Source of the DNA: Vicugna vicugna
Lineage: Eukaryota
DNA: 64,000 nucleotides
Reading direction: 5' to 3'
Assembly (NCBI GenBank): GCA_013265495.1
Contig: MU057711.1
Location: 1,612,001-1,676,000, forward strand
Of the stretch, positions 38,761-52,600 are shown in pieces; the first letter of the stretch is position 1; each line of letters begins with the position of its first letter. Under the pieces are notes generated by a model. The model worked only from the letters and a program-made list of their open reading frames with translations, was not told the origin of the DNA and ran no database searches. The translations under genes and the position numbers were made by a program.

Positions 38761-40589
38761 AACCAAACTAACATCTCTTACTAGGGCCCCAGGAGGACAC
38801 GTCACCCGATGTTTAATCACAAACCAGTTTATGCTTTCAGCCAGGGCGGCTGCATCTTAGTATAACATTATTTCCATGAGTTCTTTTATTTGTCCTGATC
38901 AGTCCTCCTTCCCTCCAAGGGTCCAAGGCTCAGGGTCCAAGGTGAGGCTATTTTCATGTGTTCACCTTTCCAAGCCCCAGAAGGGTGGACCCCCCCCCCC
39001 CAGGGGGAGAGTCTCCTCGGTAACCTAGCCCAGAGGAGAGAGAACCAGGGATTGATTGCTCAGGCTCCATGGTCCTGGTTCCACCAGGAGAACTTATTTC
39101 ACCTCCAGCAACCTCCGTTTCCCCATATCTAAAATAAGGATAATACAAATATCTAAGTTCTAGCCTTGTCAGGAGAATTCAGTAAGCTCACACATATGAC
39201 GTGCTTAGCCCGGTGCCGGTGTAGAATAGGCACTCCTGCAGAAGGATGTCCCTGCTGTGCATCGCAGCAAGGCCGAGCTGTCTATCACAAGGGTGGGGTG
39301 GCCAGATGGAGCTGGAAGGTGACCCATCTGGGAGAAGTGCCCCAGCATCCTCCCCCTCCTCCTGCTAACTGCTCCCCAATTTTATCAGTGAAAACCAACC
39401 CTCTGCCATTCTAGGGAGACAGTGGGCTACAGGCTAAACAAATTAGATCATTTGAGAAATATTTGTGGAGGCCCACCCACCCACTAAACCCACAATAATG
39501 CGTAACTACTGTGTGTTGACTCCGAGGAAGGGCCAGGCATTAAACACGGCAAGGCACACAAATTACCTCACTTAAGAGCAACCCCCGATCAAGTGGGGAC
39601 TATCATTAACCCTGTTTTCCAGACTTGGAAACATGCTCAGAGAAGGTAAGTGCCTTGTGCAAGGTTGCAGAGCTGACATGTGGCAGAGCTGGCATCCCCA
39701 CCCAGAGCTGCTGGCTTCCAACCTGGGCTTGTAACTATCAGTGCTCTGCTGCCAAACAGGACAATCACAGAGAGGGGGTGGCCCTGAGCCAGGTGGGCTG
39801 TGCGGCCACCACCCTGCCCTCTGCCCACCTCCTGGAGCACGAATCCTGCCCCTGCAGCTCCAACCTGCAGCAGGAAACTCCAGGCAATAGAGCTAGTCCT
39901 GTCTCGCTGGCTTCCCTGGCCCCACTGAGAGCCCCCTGGGGCTCCCTCTGTCTGTCTGACCACAAACACGACGTGCCCTCCTCCCCAGAGAGCCTGACTG
40001 TGTGGGTGGGCCAGAGAACCTGGGACTGCATCCATCCATGGACCTCTCAGCACTGCATGAGCGCCTGCCTCCATGACACCCCTGAGGGTCCTGCCCAGGC
40101 CAGCAGCTATTCAGTGCCGTGGCCACAGAAGCCCACCCTACCTCAAGCCACTTAAAGCCAGTTACCACGTGTGAGTGGGTGGGGTGTGGCGGCTGGACAG
40201 ACACCTGAAAGCTTCCTGAGCCTTCTACCTGCTCAGCCAGGCAGCCACAGCCAGCATATTCCTGGGAGGAACTGTGGAGGGCGAGCAGGCAGGAGAGGCA
40301 CTCCCCCCACCCCTACCCCCACCCCCACCCCTGGCTGCCCAGACCCCGGTGTGGGCGTGGCCACCAGAGGGCTGCTTTTCAAGAACATCAGCTACAACAG
40401 TATCTATCATCCTCCCTCCGAGTTCAGTGCGTTCCCGTCTGCAGTGCACTTTCTCATCTGCTCCCTCATCATTTTTATGGATAATTTTACAAGCTAATAC
40501 TGGTAAGTGTGTGTTATGTGCTAGGCTCTGGGCTACTTGCACTTTGTACACTATTCATTCACTCGCCCATGAGTGCAACAAATGTGTTA

Positions 40590-40900
40590 AACTCTTCATT
40601 ACGGAAATGTTCAAACCCACCCAAAAGAAAGAGAATAATACAATTAACCCAAATGTATTCATTTCCTAATTTTAATAGTTATCAGCATTTGGCCATTCTT
40701 GCTTCATCAACTCCCTCTTTTTTCTTAAACTGGAATATTTTAAAGCAAATCTCAGGTTACCATTTTACCCATAAGGACTCCAACCTCTTTTTTTTTCACT
40801 CTAACCTCAATACCACTGTCACACTCAACCAAATTGACAATAATTTCTTACTGTTGTCTGATACCCAGTTATTATTCAGTTCTTCTCCAAAATGCCTCTT
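40590..40900 (-). mobile_element. Old L1MC-type 3' end
   Basis: attacggaaatgttcaaac...ggaatattttaaagcaaatctcag...aaccaaattgacaataatttctta. Confidence 0.65.
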
Positions 40901-41794
40901 CACAGTCAACAAATATTTTCAGGCGCCAACTACATGCAAGGCTCACCGGCAGGCACTGCACCAGGAGAAAATAAGAAACAGGGTCCTGGCCTTTGTGGGC
41001 TGTACGTCACAGTCAGGGAGGCAGATCACACACTAGAATAAACACTGTTAATTTGAGATAGCAATAAGGACAAGGAAGAAAAATAAAGAAGGGACAAGGT
41101 GTGAGACACACGTGTGGATGGTGTGCCAGGCAAAGGGACGGCAGGTGCAAAGGCCCTGTGCAGGAATAAGTTCAGTGAGCTCCAGGAAAATGTGGCTGAG
41201 GGACTGTGAATGGAGGCAGGGAAAGTGTCAATGAGGAGAGAGGGCCCTGCAGGCTGCTGTGAGTCACTGAGGGAGACAGGAATCACCAAAAGGTTCTGAG
41301 ATGAGAAGGGCCCCCCTTCCACTTTCTGGAAAGCCACGTGATCACACCTCGTGCACCTGGGTTCAGTCCTATCCATCCCTAAATGCTGGGAATCTGCTCC
41401 TCACTCCAGACAGATTTAGCAAAGGCACGGAGCATGTATCCACGAGGACGGGTGAACATTCTGTCAGGTCCTGGCACACCTGGAGAGGTGAGCAGTTTAG
41501 AAGGGTGTCGATGGCTACGCCCACCGTGGTCGAGCAGTGAGCATGGGGACTCAGAAGGCCCCAGTGTGGGTGGTCAACTTGGAGAGACAAGGTTCAGAAG
41601 GGAGGCGATTAGACTTGTCTGGGTTCCTCCAGATCAGGGCTCCTACTGGGAGTCCGAATTTGCACTTGTCACAGATTACATCAGACCCTCCAGACGAGCC
41701 GTCCGATCAGGTTTGTTCTCGAATCTCCCAACAGCCCTGTGGTCACTGTGATCACCTGCACTTCAATAGGAGGAAACGGAGGCTCAGTTTCCTA

Positions 41795-42345
41795 GCATCT
41801 GTGAACGTGGATAGAAAAAAAATGACATTTTTATTTTTACTAACCTCTAACTAAACTCGATCATCTCTTAAATTACAAATGTAGGCAACAAATTACAATG
41901 ATGTGATCAGTCTCTGTGACTTTATCACCATGAGAAAGCACATTTTCCCAATCACACCTCAGTTGTTGCAGAAGCCTCAAAATAGCGTTTCCGCTTTTCA
42001 CTACTTCAAAAGAATGTGGCGGTTAGACCTGCCATGAGTATTACATAACATGCCAACAGAGCACATCTATAAAATATTTTTATAGATTTGTTTTATTTTT
42101 TATTTTGGGGGTGGGCAATTAGGGTTTTTTTTCAACGGAGGTACCTGGGATTGAACCCTAGACGGACCTCATGCATGCTAAGCATGCGCTCCCCCACTGA
42201 GCTCTAAAACAAAAAACTATTTTACCAATTGCATTTTAATATAATTTGCTGCCTTTGCAAGGCTATATCTCATATTTTATGCATTTAAAAGTATTATTCT
42301 GAGGCTGCCAAGGGGTCCCTGACACAAGAGAAGTTAAGACCCTCA
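41795..42345. mobile_element. hAT-Charlie-type DNA transposon remnant hosting a SINE
   Basis: acatttttatttttactaacctctaact...tattttatgcatttaaaa...ggggtccctgacacaagagaagttaagaccc. Confidence 0.55.
42091..42206 (-). mobile_element. tRNA-derived SINE, Vic-1-like (diverged)
   Basis: ggaggtacctgggattgaaccc...catgctaagcatgcgctcccccactgagct. Confidence 0.75.
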
Positions 42346-44107
42346 CCCCCCCATGAGGTGAGTACAGCGCCTGATGCAAGACTGGGGTTCCATTCAAAGA
42401 GAGGCTGGAGAGAATGTTGGGGTTGGGCAGGCAGAGGTGCATACCCTGTCCAAGGAGACCTGTGTCACATCCCGTCAGCCAGTGCTGGCCAGTCCTCTGC
42501 CCACACAGTCCTTCGTACCCACACTCCTCTCCTGACTAAGTGCGTGCAGGCTCCCCTTCCTCCCCTTCACTCTGGGCTTTCCCTTCTATTTCTGTTCTGT
42601 TAAAATTACCCGAGACTTCCTGTGCTGTTAGCTGACCCATATCCTTTTAGGAAAGTGATGGAATCTTTCTTTCTTTTCTTTTTTTTTTTTTTTTGGAACC
42701 AAACCCGTAAAGAGGGAAAGGCATTTTTAACCTGATTTTACTCAGAGAGAAACTGACAATCAGAACTTAGGAACTGACGCATCAAGTAAGGGCCCCTCCG
42801 GGTCCAGCGCTCCACCCAGGAAGGGGGTGCAGTCCCGCTGGCACCCCCACCAGATCCCACTGGAAGCAGAATTCAGCTGGCTGCAGCCAGGGTCTAACGC
42901 AGGGCATAATGCCCCACGTTCTCACTAGGCTTGGGGTCCCAGAACACCTGGGGTGGGACAAGCCAACCACTGTCCTCTTCCTCACTCCCACCACCAAATG
43001 AATCCTCCCACCACTACCTGAAGCCAGAGCCCACACCTGGCTAAAAGATGGCTGTTTCTAAGTCACTTCCTACTCCTCAATTCTAATAATCATTGAGGAG
43101 ACCTGACGTTACATTTTCTACAATTCTGGCAGCTACTGTAGCTGTTGCCACACTTTGGCCTGGACCACGATGGGAATGGGGCGAGGCAGTTTGAGGCTGA
43201 CGGACTGGACTCAAGTGGGCAGAGTAAGACGCCCTGAATCTCTGAGATGCACCGTAGCTGCTAAGGAGAAGTGCAGCCTTTATGAGGTGGCCTCTGAAAA
43301 GCTTTGACAATTCCATCTCTCTGAGCTGACACTAGGGAAGTCTTCTATATTACCTAGATAATACTGTATTAAGAGAGATTTTGTATTTGGTGTATTTAAT
43401 GAGCAAGCAACTCCCCAAAGACCTTTCAATAAAGCCAGTAAATTTAACAGGAGAAACGCATCAATTGGCTTTGCTGCTCCGGTTAAGAGAGCTGCTGCTT
43501 TCTGCTTTTACAGACGCTGGCGTGTATTATGCTAAGAAAGAAATCAATCTTGGAGAAGAGGTCTAAAAGGTGGGTGCAATTATGCGGCTAACATTCAGCC
43601 CCCACTGCCCCAGCTGAAATGATTATTTTAATGTAAAAGCAATGAAGTTGACAAGAAGCCGCCCAAGTTAGGCAGCTTCCCACTTACCAACAGAACGTCC
43701 CTGCTCTGAAGGGTCTCTGAGAGCGAGGCTGCTCGTACAGGCGGTCCAGAGACCAAATCAAAGGCCAAGTTCATACAGGCACGCACACCCCAAATAGAGT
43801 GCTCGAGTGAAAATGACTTATGGAAAGCAATATTGTGGGTTTTGACGAGACGGAAGAGAAGATACAATACTCTTATTCATCATCTCTTCACCGTGAGTGC
43901 CTGCCACCTTGGTCCCCTTGCAGAGAGGACTGGATGGAAGTTAAATATAAAGATGGAGACAGAGGTTGACCAAGACTCTGCACTGGGGCAGAAGACCTGG
44001 GTCTGGTCCTGTCTTTACCTGTAAACAATGTGGAGCCTAACAATTGCTTACCTCATGCAGCTCCCAACACCCAGCTGGAAGCTCTGGTGATGTGTGTGTG
44101 TGTTTAG

Positions 44108-44302
44108 TTAATAAACTTTATTTTTTAGAGCAGCTTTAGGTTCCCAGCAAAACTCAGCTGAGTATAAAGAGTTCTCATATGCCCCCTGCCCGACACATGC
44201 ACAACCTCCCCAACTGTCCATGGCCCACACCAGACTGGTACATTTGTTACAGTCGTCGAACCTACACTGACACATCCTTATCACCCAAAGCCCATAGTCT
44301 GG
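44108..44302 (-). mobile_element. L1M 3' end fragment
   Basis: aaactttattttttagagcagctttaggttcccagcaaaa...gaacctacactgacacatc. Confidence 0.75.
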
Positions 44303-44534
44303 TGGTGTGTGTGCGTAAAAGGAATCCACTTAGTCGATTTTTTCTGCAAACACTTACAAGTGCCTACTATGTGCCAAGTCCCAACTCAGGGGCTAAAAAA
44401 AAAATCAAATAACACATACTTCCTATCCTAAAGTAGTTACAATCATAAATGTCCCAAAAGGAAAGCTCATGAACTCAGGCCTCTGATACAAACCTACAAA
44501 TAGACAGCTCATCACTGGACTCTCAATTACATAC

Positions 44535-45045
44535 AGTATTATCACTTAGCTTTTTCTGCATAACAAACCACCCCAAGACTTAGTGGCTAAAAATGCCCAT
44601 TTATTTAGTCCTTGTTTCTGTAAGTTGGCACTTCTGGCCTGGACTCAGCTGGGCGGGTCTTCTGATCTTGGCTGAGCTCCATCATGTGTTTGTGGTCAGC
44701 TGCTGGTCCGCTGCGTGGCTCAGCTCCTGGAGGTTAACTGGCTCTTGACTTGAGCACCAGGGAGTAGGAAGGGGGCAGCTGGTCTACAGGGCTTTCATCG
44801 CCCAGCAGGCTAAGGCCAGGCATCTCTGGGTTCCAAGAGCAGGAAGAGAAAAGGCACCTATTCAAGCCCTTGTGTAGGTGTACACTTGTCCCACTGATGA
44901 CACCAGGTTACAGGGCCAGTCAGTTCAAGAGATGGAGAAAGACTCTCCTTGTGGGAAGAGCTACAAGATGGGCATGGAAATGAAATTTTAAATGGGTATA
45001 AATATGAAATGGGGAAGAATTTTGGCCACTTTTATGTTCTGCCAC
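44535..45045 (-). mobile_element. MaLR LTR (MLT1F/H-like)
   Basis: ttagctttttctgcataacaaaccaccccaagacttagtggctaaaa...gactcagctgggcgg. Confidence 0.7.
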
Positions 45046-45379
45046 ATGTATGCATCCAGTTTGAGAGAAAATACAAAAAAGCAGGAGAATCAGTGAAACC
45101 CCTCTCCTTTGTTCAGCATTTCTTTCCAGCCACTACCCTTCTTCACATTGGAAACTTCTCAAAAGAGCAGTTGACACTTGCTGCCTTTGCCCTGGCAGCT
45201 TGCCTGTTCCCACAGTGGTAGGGACAGCACCCTACGCAGCCTGTGTCGGTGAGGACAGTGGAGATCCACTGGTTGCCACATCTGGACAGTGCTCTCAGGT
45301 CTATCATCCTGGCTCTTTTGACTGTGTTTTATGCAGTGGATCTTTCCTTTCTTCTCAAAATTCTCTATCTGTGGTCAAG

Positions 45380-45821
45380 TGTAGCATTGTTCAGGGTATC
45401 TGTGCCTTCATTCTGAGGAGGATTATACATCCCTCCCGTGTTGAACTCTGGGTTGGCCTGGGACTGACTTTGGTCAATGAAATGTGAGCAGGACTGATAT
45501 CTGTCTCTTTGGAGTGAAGGCTTCAAGAGGCAGTGCATGGTTGCAACGTCCCCTTTTATCTCTGCCTCGAGACTGGTAAGGTTGCAGGGACTGGCTGTAC
45601 CATACCCTGGTCCTGGCAGAGGGCAGTGGCTGACCTGATATGGTTGTTTAGCCTATCCTATAAATCTCTGTTTTGGCAAACCACTAAGATTTGGGGCTTG
45701 TTTGTTACTGCAGCATAATACAGCACATCCTGACTAATTGTTTGTTACTGCAGCATAATACAGCACATCCTGACTAATTGTTTGTTACTGCAGCATAATA
45801 CAGCACATCCTGACTAATACA
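45380..45821 (+). mobile_element. MaLR LTR (MLT1H/I-like) with amplified 3' terminus
   Basis: gactttggtcaatgaaatgtgagcag...ccactaagatttggggcttgtttgttactgcagcataa...ctgactaataca. Confidence 0.7.
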
Positions 45822-46097
45822 GAATTCCCTTGACATCCACAGCACAACAATCTTTTTGTTTCCCACCTACCACACTTGCTGCTCCTCCTTCCTAGCCTCT
45901 TTTCCCCCCTTCTTCTGCCCACCCTAAAAACATTGGTGATGTTTGTTACTGCAGCATAATACAGCACATCCTGACTAATACAGAATTCCCTTGACATCCA
46001 CAGCACAACAATCTTTTTGTTTCCCACCTACCACACTTGCTGCTCCTCCTTCCTAGCCTCTTTTCCCCCCTTCTTCTGCCCACCCTAAAAACATTGG
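45698..46097. repeat. Complex perfect tandem repeat: 3x 40 bp plus 2x 158 bp
   Basis: 40-bp units at 45698, 45738 and 45778. 45779-45936 is identical to 45940-46097, separated by TGA. Confidence 0.96.
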
Positions 46098-46099
46098 GG

Positions 46100-47115
46100 C
46101 CCTACAGTTCTGGGTTTGGTCTACAGTTTGTCTCACTCTCCAGGCTCCCTGGTTTCACTCTCTCTCCAAAGTCTCTGGGTCCATATGATCAGTCCAGATC
46201 TACCCCCTACAAGCTTCAGTCTCATAGGTTTGTTGTCTGCTGCATATATCCCACTGGATGTTTCACAGGAACCCCTAAACCTATGCCTTCTTCACACTTG
46301 AGATTTCCATTGGTGGCTCCTTTGTCCATTTAATCCCTAAATTGTCCTTGACTTCTCACTCTTCTTTGGTACATCCAAGCAACTGAACATCATACTGGCA
46401 CATTTGATGTCCCAAATCCATCCCCTCCTCCCGTATTTGTTTTACTGCCACATCTTTGGTTCTAGACACCAGCCACTCTTCCTGATGTTAGCCACAGACT
46501 CTGATAAATTTTACTGTTCCTTTCAGTCCTGTTTCCCCACTCCCCCCTTCTGCCACCCAGCCCAGACCAGAGCTCTAAAAGGCAATGGTGTGAGAACCAT
46601 CAAAAATACACATCTGGCCAGATCACTCTGCTTATACTTGACAAGGTTCCCCATGGCCCATGACATCATCCAAACTCCTCACCAAGACCCATGAAGTCCC
46701 TCCGACTCACTTCACCCTCACTCACAACTGCACATGCTGGGACCTTTATCCCATTGTCTCAATGCCTCCACTTTTGCTGTCCCTCTGTCTGGACTGTTTT
46801 TGACCAACACCCTCCCACTTGTGACTTGGGTAAGTCCTACCTGCTTTTTAAAACTCAGATCATATATCATCTCCTCCAGGAAGCCCTCCATTGCCATCAC
46901 CACCACTGCCACTAGCACACACTGGTGGATTGGACGCCCATCCCCCAAGTTCCCCATGCAAACCTCCAACATTGCACTCACCCCACTGAAGGCTACTTAA
47001 ATGCCTAATATCCTCTGCTTTCAGATCATGAGCATCCCCTGCTGTCCTGGCATTTCCAATGTGTCTGCCACATGACAACTAACACATGGAGCTTATTAAA
47101 TGTATGTCTGAGTGA
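46100..47115 (+). mobile_element. Degenerate L2 LINE
   Basis: cccactggatgtttcacagg, gtccttgacttctcactctctt, cctacctgctttttaaaactcag...ctccaggaagccctcc. Confidence 0.65.
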
Positions 47116-49544
47116 GTGTATTAAAAAATAACCATTTTCTACAAAGTCTGATTTTCAACCAGTCTATGAACCAGGCTTCCATCTCTACTTACCATTCTTT
47201 CCATAATTCAGGTCATGGTTCCTGCGGGTTGGTGAGCATCTCACAGCATCCCAAATTACTTCATAATCACTATGACACAATACCTGTGAGAATTCTCAGC
47301 TACATGAGCACAGGCACCCATGACCACACACAGAAACAGCAGGAGAAGACTGGTCACATGTGTGAGTCCCCCTTCCTGCTTGATGGTGGGCTCCTTGTGG
47401 GCAGGTGCCCGGGTGCTGCATCCCCCAGGTGTGCATGGTGACGGGCTCCAAGTTAGAGCCACGTGTATTCTGTCCATTTTGTGGGCAACACTACATGGCT
47501 TATGTCGCTCAATCCTGAAAACAATCCAGTGATGAGCCCCCTTCTACATGTTAGGATAGGAAAGCACAGGGAGGTTAGGTAAATTTCCCCAGGCCACACA
47601 GCTTGTAAGTGTCTGAACTGAGTGATCTGCCTTTAGAGGGCTCGCTCTCAGTCACTTCACTGTGCGCACGTATGAGCAAAGAAAACACCTGAGGACTTGA
47701 GTCAGGGATTGACTGACTGATTATGTAGGTGTAATTTGCCCCAGTGCTTGTGCCTAATATCTAACCAGATTATTCAAAAATATGGCACCCCAAGACATGG
47801 GTTGTGATGGAAGGATTTGGAGTCAGAAGAACCATCTACAAGTCTGAGCTAGGCCACACCATCATATAGTTAACCTCTCTGACCCTTGGCTCCTGACCTG
47901 TAAGGTGGGCCATTGTTATGGATGGATGGTGCAGGGAGAATTCCCAGGAAGGAGTCAGAAGTACCCAGCGGTACCTTGCGGTCCCATCAAGGTTGTCCGA
48001 GGAGAACTTCCGCTCTCCATTCCCACTGGAGAAAAGGCAGTGGCAGGTTGCCCTTGCCTCACCTGGACTGTGTGTGTGTGTAACACCCCGCACAACCAAC
48101 AGGCAAAGGGGAAACCGGTGACCAGGTGTTCAGTCTACACCACACTGTAAATGGACTTGGCCACTATGTTTCTTTCTCAGCTGAAGTGATAGATGGTTGT
48201 GGCATCATGAGGACGACCTGGACTGGATGCCAACATATCCGATCAGCTCCATCAAACCAGGTGTCGGACCGCCCAGCGCCAGCCCCTGGCACTCAGACTG
48301 TGCCCCCTTCACAGCTGGGTGGGGACATGGTTGACCCAGTTGGTCTCAGTCAGTGACCAGGTGCTAACCAACTCTTCGACTGGACTCAGCTATTTTTGCT
48401 GTTATTTCTCATTCAGTGACTTACTCTGGGTCTTGCACTAAGGATACTCTGTCAAATAAAACCAGGTTCTCTCCCCAGGGAGCTCACCATTCAGTGGGAA
48501 ACAAAGCAAATAAAAACTTGGCTGATGCGCAGACAACAGAAAACATCCAGCCCAGCCTCGCGTGGCCCCAGCCCCTCGCTCTGACCAGCCGGGCGTGTAC
48601 TCGAGCCCAGACACAGACACAGGCTCCATGGCTCTGCTCTCTGCGCTCCTGATGCTTCCTACAGCTCCTCCTCCTCCCAAACCCACCTCACGCCCCACCT
48701 CCCCTCGAAGCCTTCCTGGGGCCTGCAACTGACCAAGTCCCCCTCCCTTGAACCCTTGGCACCTTGGTGTGGCCAGGCTTATAGGAGGGGACATGCACTT
48801 CCCCTGCCACAGGCTGTGCTGTATTAAAACAAGCAAACCTTCTTCAGAGAGCCTAAACTACACCTGTTTGCTGGATAATCTGTAGGTCACCTGTCACTGT
48901 GGACATCTTGATGTCTTCCCCTCCAGTCTTTTTTTTTTTTTTCTGTAAAGACATTTGTCTATGTGGATATATTTTTTTGTCATGTTGTTTTTTTACCTGC
49001 TTCTCAAGGGAGGGCTCAAGGCCCCCATCTTTGCACCCCAGCAGGACCTCGCCATCAGCAGATGCTCATGGCCCATTGGGTGGCTATTTTCAGTGTCTAG
49101 AGCTTGCAAGGCTGAGGACTTCTTGAGCCCAGGTTCATGGCCCATTTGGGGCTCCAGAGCCCTCGTGAGGGGGCTTTCTTAAGCAGTTGCACTGGTTACC
49201 TCAGGGAGGGGGCTGGCAATAGGCTGCTGAGCACCAGGGCCCCCAAAGGGCTCCTCTCTGGGAAACTCGACAAGCAGCCATCCAGTGGAACCCACAACCT
49301 GGACGTCCAGCCATGCCTGGCCCACGTGGGCACTGGATGGTTGAGCTAAATGACTGGTAGCCCCTGACCACCTTCTCCTGAGGGGCCCATCTCTCACAGC
49401 TGACAAGGGAAGCTCAACGAGGGACTTCAGGTCCCCACCCAGGAGTGGATAATGGTGAAATTCACCTCGTGGTGCATCCTGCCTGAGGCCAAACCTTCTC
49501 CCCACCTTGACAAATCTTACATGACCCCTTTAGAATCAGACCTT

Positions 49545-50110
49545 GTTCGTTCATTTATTCTTATCTTACAAATGTTCTTGGAGCCCCTACCAAGCGCCAG
49601 ACAACTTTCTAGGTTCCGAGTCTACAGCAGCAAGCAGCACAGATGAAACCTGGCCTGCATGGTGTTCACATTCTCATGGGAGAAGACAGGCACAGACAAG
49701 GAAATAAGCCAAGTCTCAGAAAGTAGCACATGCAATAAATGGGGAGACAGGTTGAGGGATGTGTGGTGAGAGTAATGTAGACTCTACCTTGGGTGGTCAG
49801 AGAAGGCCCCTCAGAGAAAGTAAAATGTAAGCTGAGATAATAATAAGAAGGAGCAGCCAAGCAAAGATGGTAGGGAGGGGCAGAAGGAACAGCATGTGCA
49901 TAGGCCCTGAGGCAGGAACAAGCCTTGCATGTCTGAGAATAGAAAACAGGCTTCTTTGGCTAAAGTGACTTAAATGAGCTAGAGGTGGGGTCAGTGAGGG
50001 CAGGGACAGATATAAGAGGATCTTCCAGGCATGGGGAGGACCTGGATTTTATTCAAGGAGACATAGGACAGGATTGCAGGGTTTCTTTAACCAAGGCTTT
50101 GTAGAAGTAG
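49545..50110 (-). mobile_element. L2 LINE fragment
   Basis: ttcgttcatttattc...gggtggtcagagaaggcccctcagagaaag...aacagcatgtgcataggccctgaggcagg. Confidence 0.75.
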
Positions 50111-52309
50111 AACATGGTGGGTCTAGACCAGGGTTGAGTGTGGCCCCAGGACGAGATCTAGATAGGAAGAAACAGAAGGCAGACTGAATGTACAGTTGGT
50201 TCAGCAAATATTTTTATTTTCTTCCTTAAGAATAGCACCATAGCTAGAACTCTATGGTGCCATCTTTCCAAACCTGCAGATGTCCCTGCACTCACCATCC
50301 CCCATGGGGTTCCAACACATAGCTCCCCATTTATGCCTCCCCGACTCTTGTGACACCCTCCTCCACTCATTGCTGGCACAGTTCTTGCCGGAAGGACTGT
50401 AGTTCCTTTGCCCGATGAATCCTCACAGGCCAGGCCCAGTGCAGGCTCTCCGCAGTGAGGACACAGTGTGGCCCCTGACCTCACGGGGCTATCTGTTGGC
50501 AGGAGAGCCAGGTATCGAACCAATGATCACACACACGTATCATTTAACACTCAGAAGAGTATGAAGGGAAAGATGAGGATGATAAGGGAGCTTATTATGG
50601 GAATGTGGTGTAGATCATAGCCTGGGAAAGGAGTCATTTTCACCTGAGGCACAAAAGGCAAGTTGGAGTGAACTAGGAGAGGCTGGAGGAGTGGGGGGTG
50701 GGGGGTCAGATTCCAGCAAAGGGCAAAGCCCTGAGCAGAGAATTTGTTGAACAAGGTATACACATTCCCTACCTTCATGCCAGGAAGAAGAATTGAGTTC
50801 AAGTTCAACTCAAATACAGAAGCCAGCTGCTGCAACCTCCACCCCCTACCATGGAGGCCCACAGCTGGCCTGGCTGTCCAGGGCGGGTCTCAGCATGATC
50901 TAGCTGAGATTCTGAGAAACATGTTTCTTAAAAGATTTAAAAAAAGAAAAAGAAAAAGAAAGGTTTGGGGAGGGTACATACCTGCCTCAACACAGCGAAG
51001 ACCACCTCACAGAGGTCTGGACACCTGTTCAGGCCCAGGCCTTTCCTTCCACTCAGAGAGTGGCCCTTTCTTGGCCTCAGTCTCTCCCATCTTCCAAATG
51101 GACAGAGAATCCTGATCTAGTAGTGGGTATTCCATGGGGACCGAATAAGGCAGCAGCAGGAACACACTTTGAAAAATCACACTTTTAACAAACAGCCCAG
51201 CACATGCAACAAGGAGCACGTGGAGGCTGTGCCCTTCTTTAAGGATGGGCTCCCAAACCCTCAGGCTGGTGTTTGCCGAAGAAAGAAATCCCATCATTGT
51301 CACACAAACTGTTTAGGAGCTCACATTTCAGAATCAGAGCAGGGTAACTTTGGGCAAATGACTCCATCCTTCTGAACCTCAGTGTCTGCATCTATAAAAT
51401 GGGGACAATAATGGCACCGGTCCCATGGGGTGTGGTGAGGATTAAATAAAATGGAGCACATGGAGACTTTAGCTTATAGTGAGGGTGTGTCAATATTGGC
51501 GATCACTATTGTGATCTGATTCCCCCCACGTCTGACATTTCTGAGCCTGGCAGAGGCCAGTCCAGAGCCAATAAAGTGCCCTTTGCTACCACCCCCTGCA
51601 TCCCAGTGTGACAGCCAACGTCAGGGATGAGGTGGGGGTCGGTGAGGGGATGTCAGAGGAGTAGAGGCAAGCCTGCCTCGAGAAAGCTGGAGGAAAGGGC
51701 CGATGCCAAGGTTTCAGCTTACAGAGAACCTCCCTTGCACCTTATCTGGCCGAGCCTCACTGTGATAACCCCACGTTCTGGGCTCCCCATGGAACCAGCC
51801 TCAGGCTAAATCTGCCGCAATAATTCCAGGAGCCGGAAACAGGAGAAAAATCTAGGCGGTGGCAGCTGAGCCCTGCTGAGGACAGTCTCAGCCCAGCCTC
51901 AGCTGCACGCAAACCCCAGCAAAGGGGGCGATGAAGGCGTACACGAAGGTTCCAGCATCCAAGTTGTTTGTTAAAACAAAATGAGAAGTGCAGACCCTCT
52001 TGAAGGAGACCACACCTGCTCTCCAGACTCGAGCGAAAGAGTTTCAAATGCAGATGGTGCAGAGGAGGACATGAAGCCCAGGGGGAAATGATTCCGGGTT
52101 TGGGGGGAACAGGAGTGGGACTCTGGATACGGTGAGCGCATGTGTTGGTGCACATGTATGTGCACGTGCGTGACGGGGGGAGGGGTGCTGGATGTGGCAG
52201 CGAAAGAGGGAAATTTTTCCAAATGCAACCTTGGAAGGGGGTGCAGACTTTATTTCAGACACATGGTAGGGGGCAAAGGGACCCAGTCGAGACTTTTCAC
52301 CCTTGGCCA

Positions 52310-52600
52310 TCCCTCCTGGTCTTTCTCTGTCTCTAGTATTTCCCTGCTGAATGTTCCTTTCTGTGTCTCGAGGCCTTTTTGTTCTCATTTTCTTCCTGTC
52401 TCTGTCTCTCTCTGCCCCTCTGCCCGCATCTCCCAGTCTCTGTCCCCATCGCTTTGCCTGTGTTTCTGTGCGTGTCTCTATCTCTCCCTGTCTCTCCTCA
52501 CTTATCTCTCCTTATCTCTTTTGGACTCTGTTCTGCTCTCCCTCCAAGCATCTCTTCTCATCTCTCCCCCTAACAACTGCATCTCTTCCTCCACCCCCAC
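52310..52600. repeat. CT-rich low-complexity tract
   Basis: Degenerate (CT)/(CTGT) polypyrimidine sequence. Confidence 0.8.

Noticed and set aside
45698..46097. CRISPR-like array (four copies of a ~40-bp repeat)
   Set aside because: The genome is mammalian, three copies have no spacer, the two longer intervals are identical, the unit is an MLT1 LTR end, and there are no cas genes.
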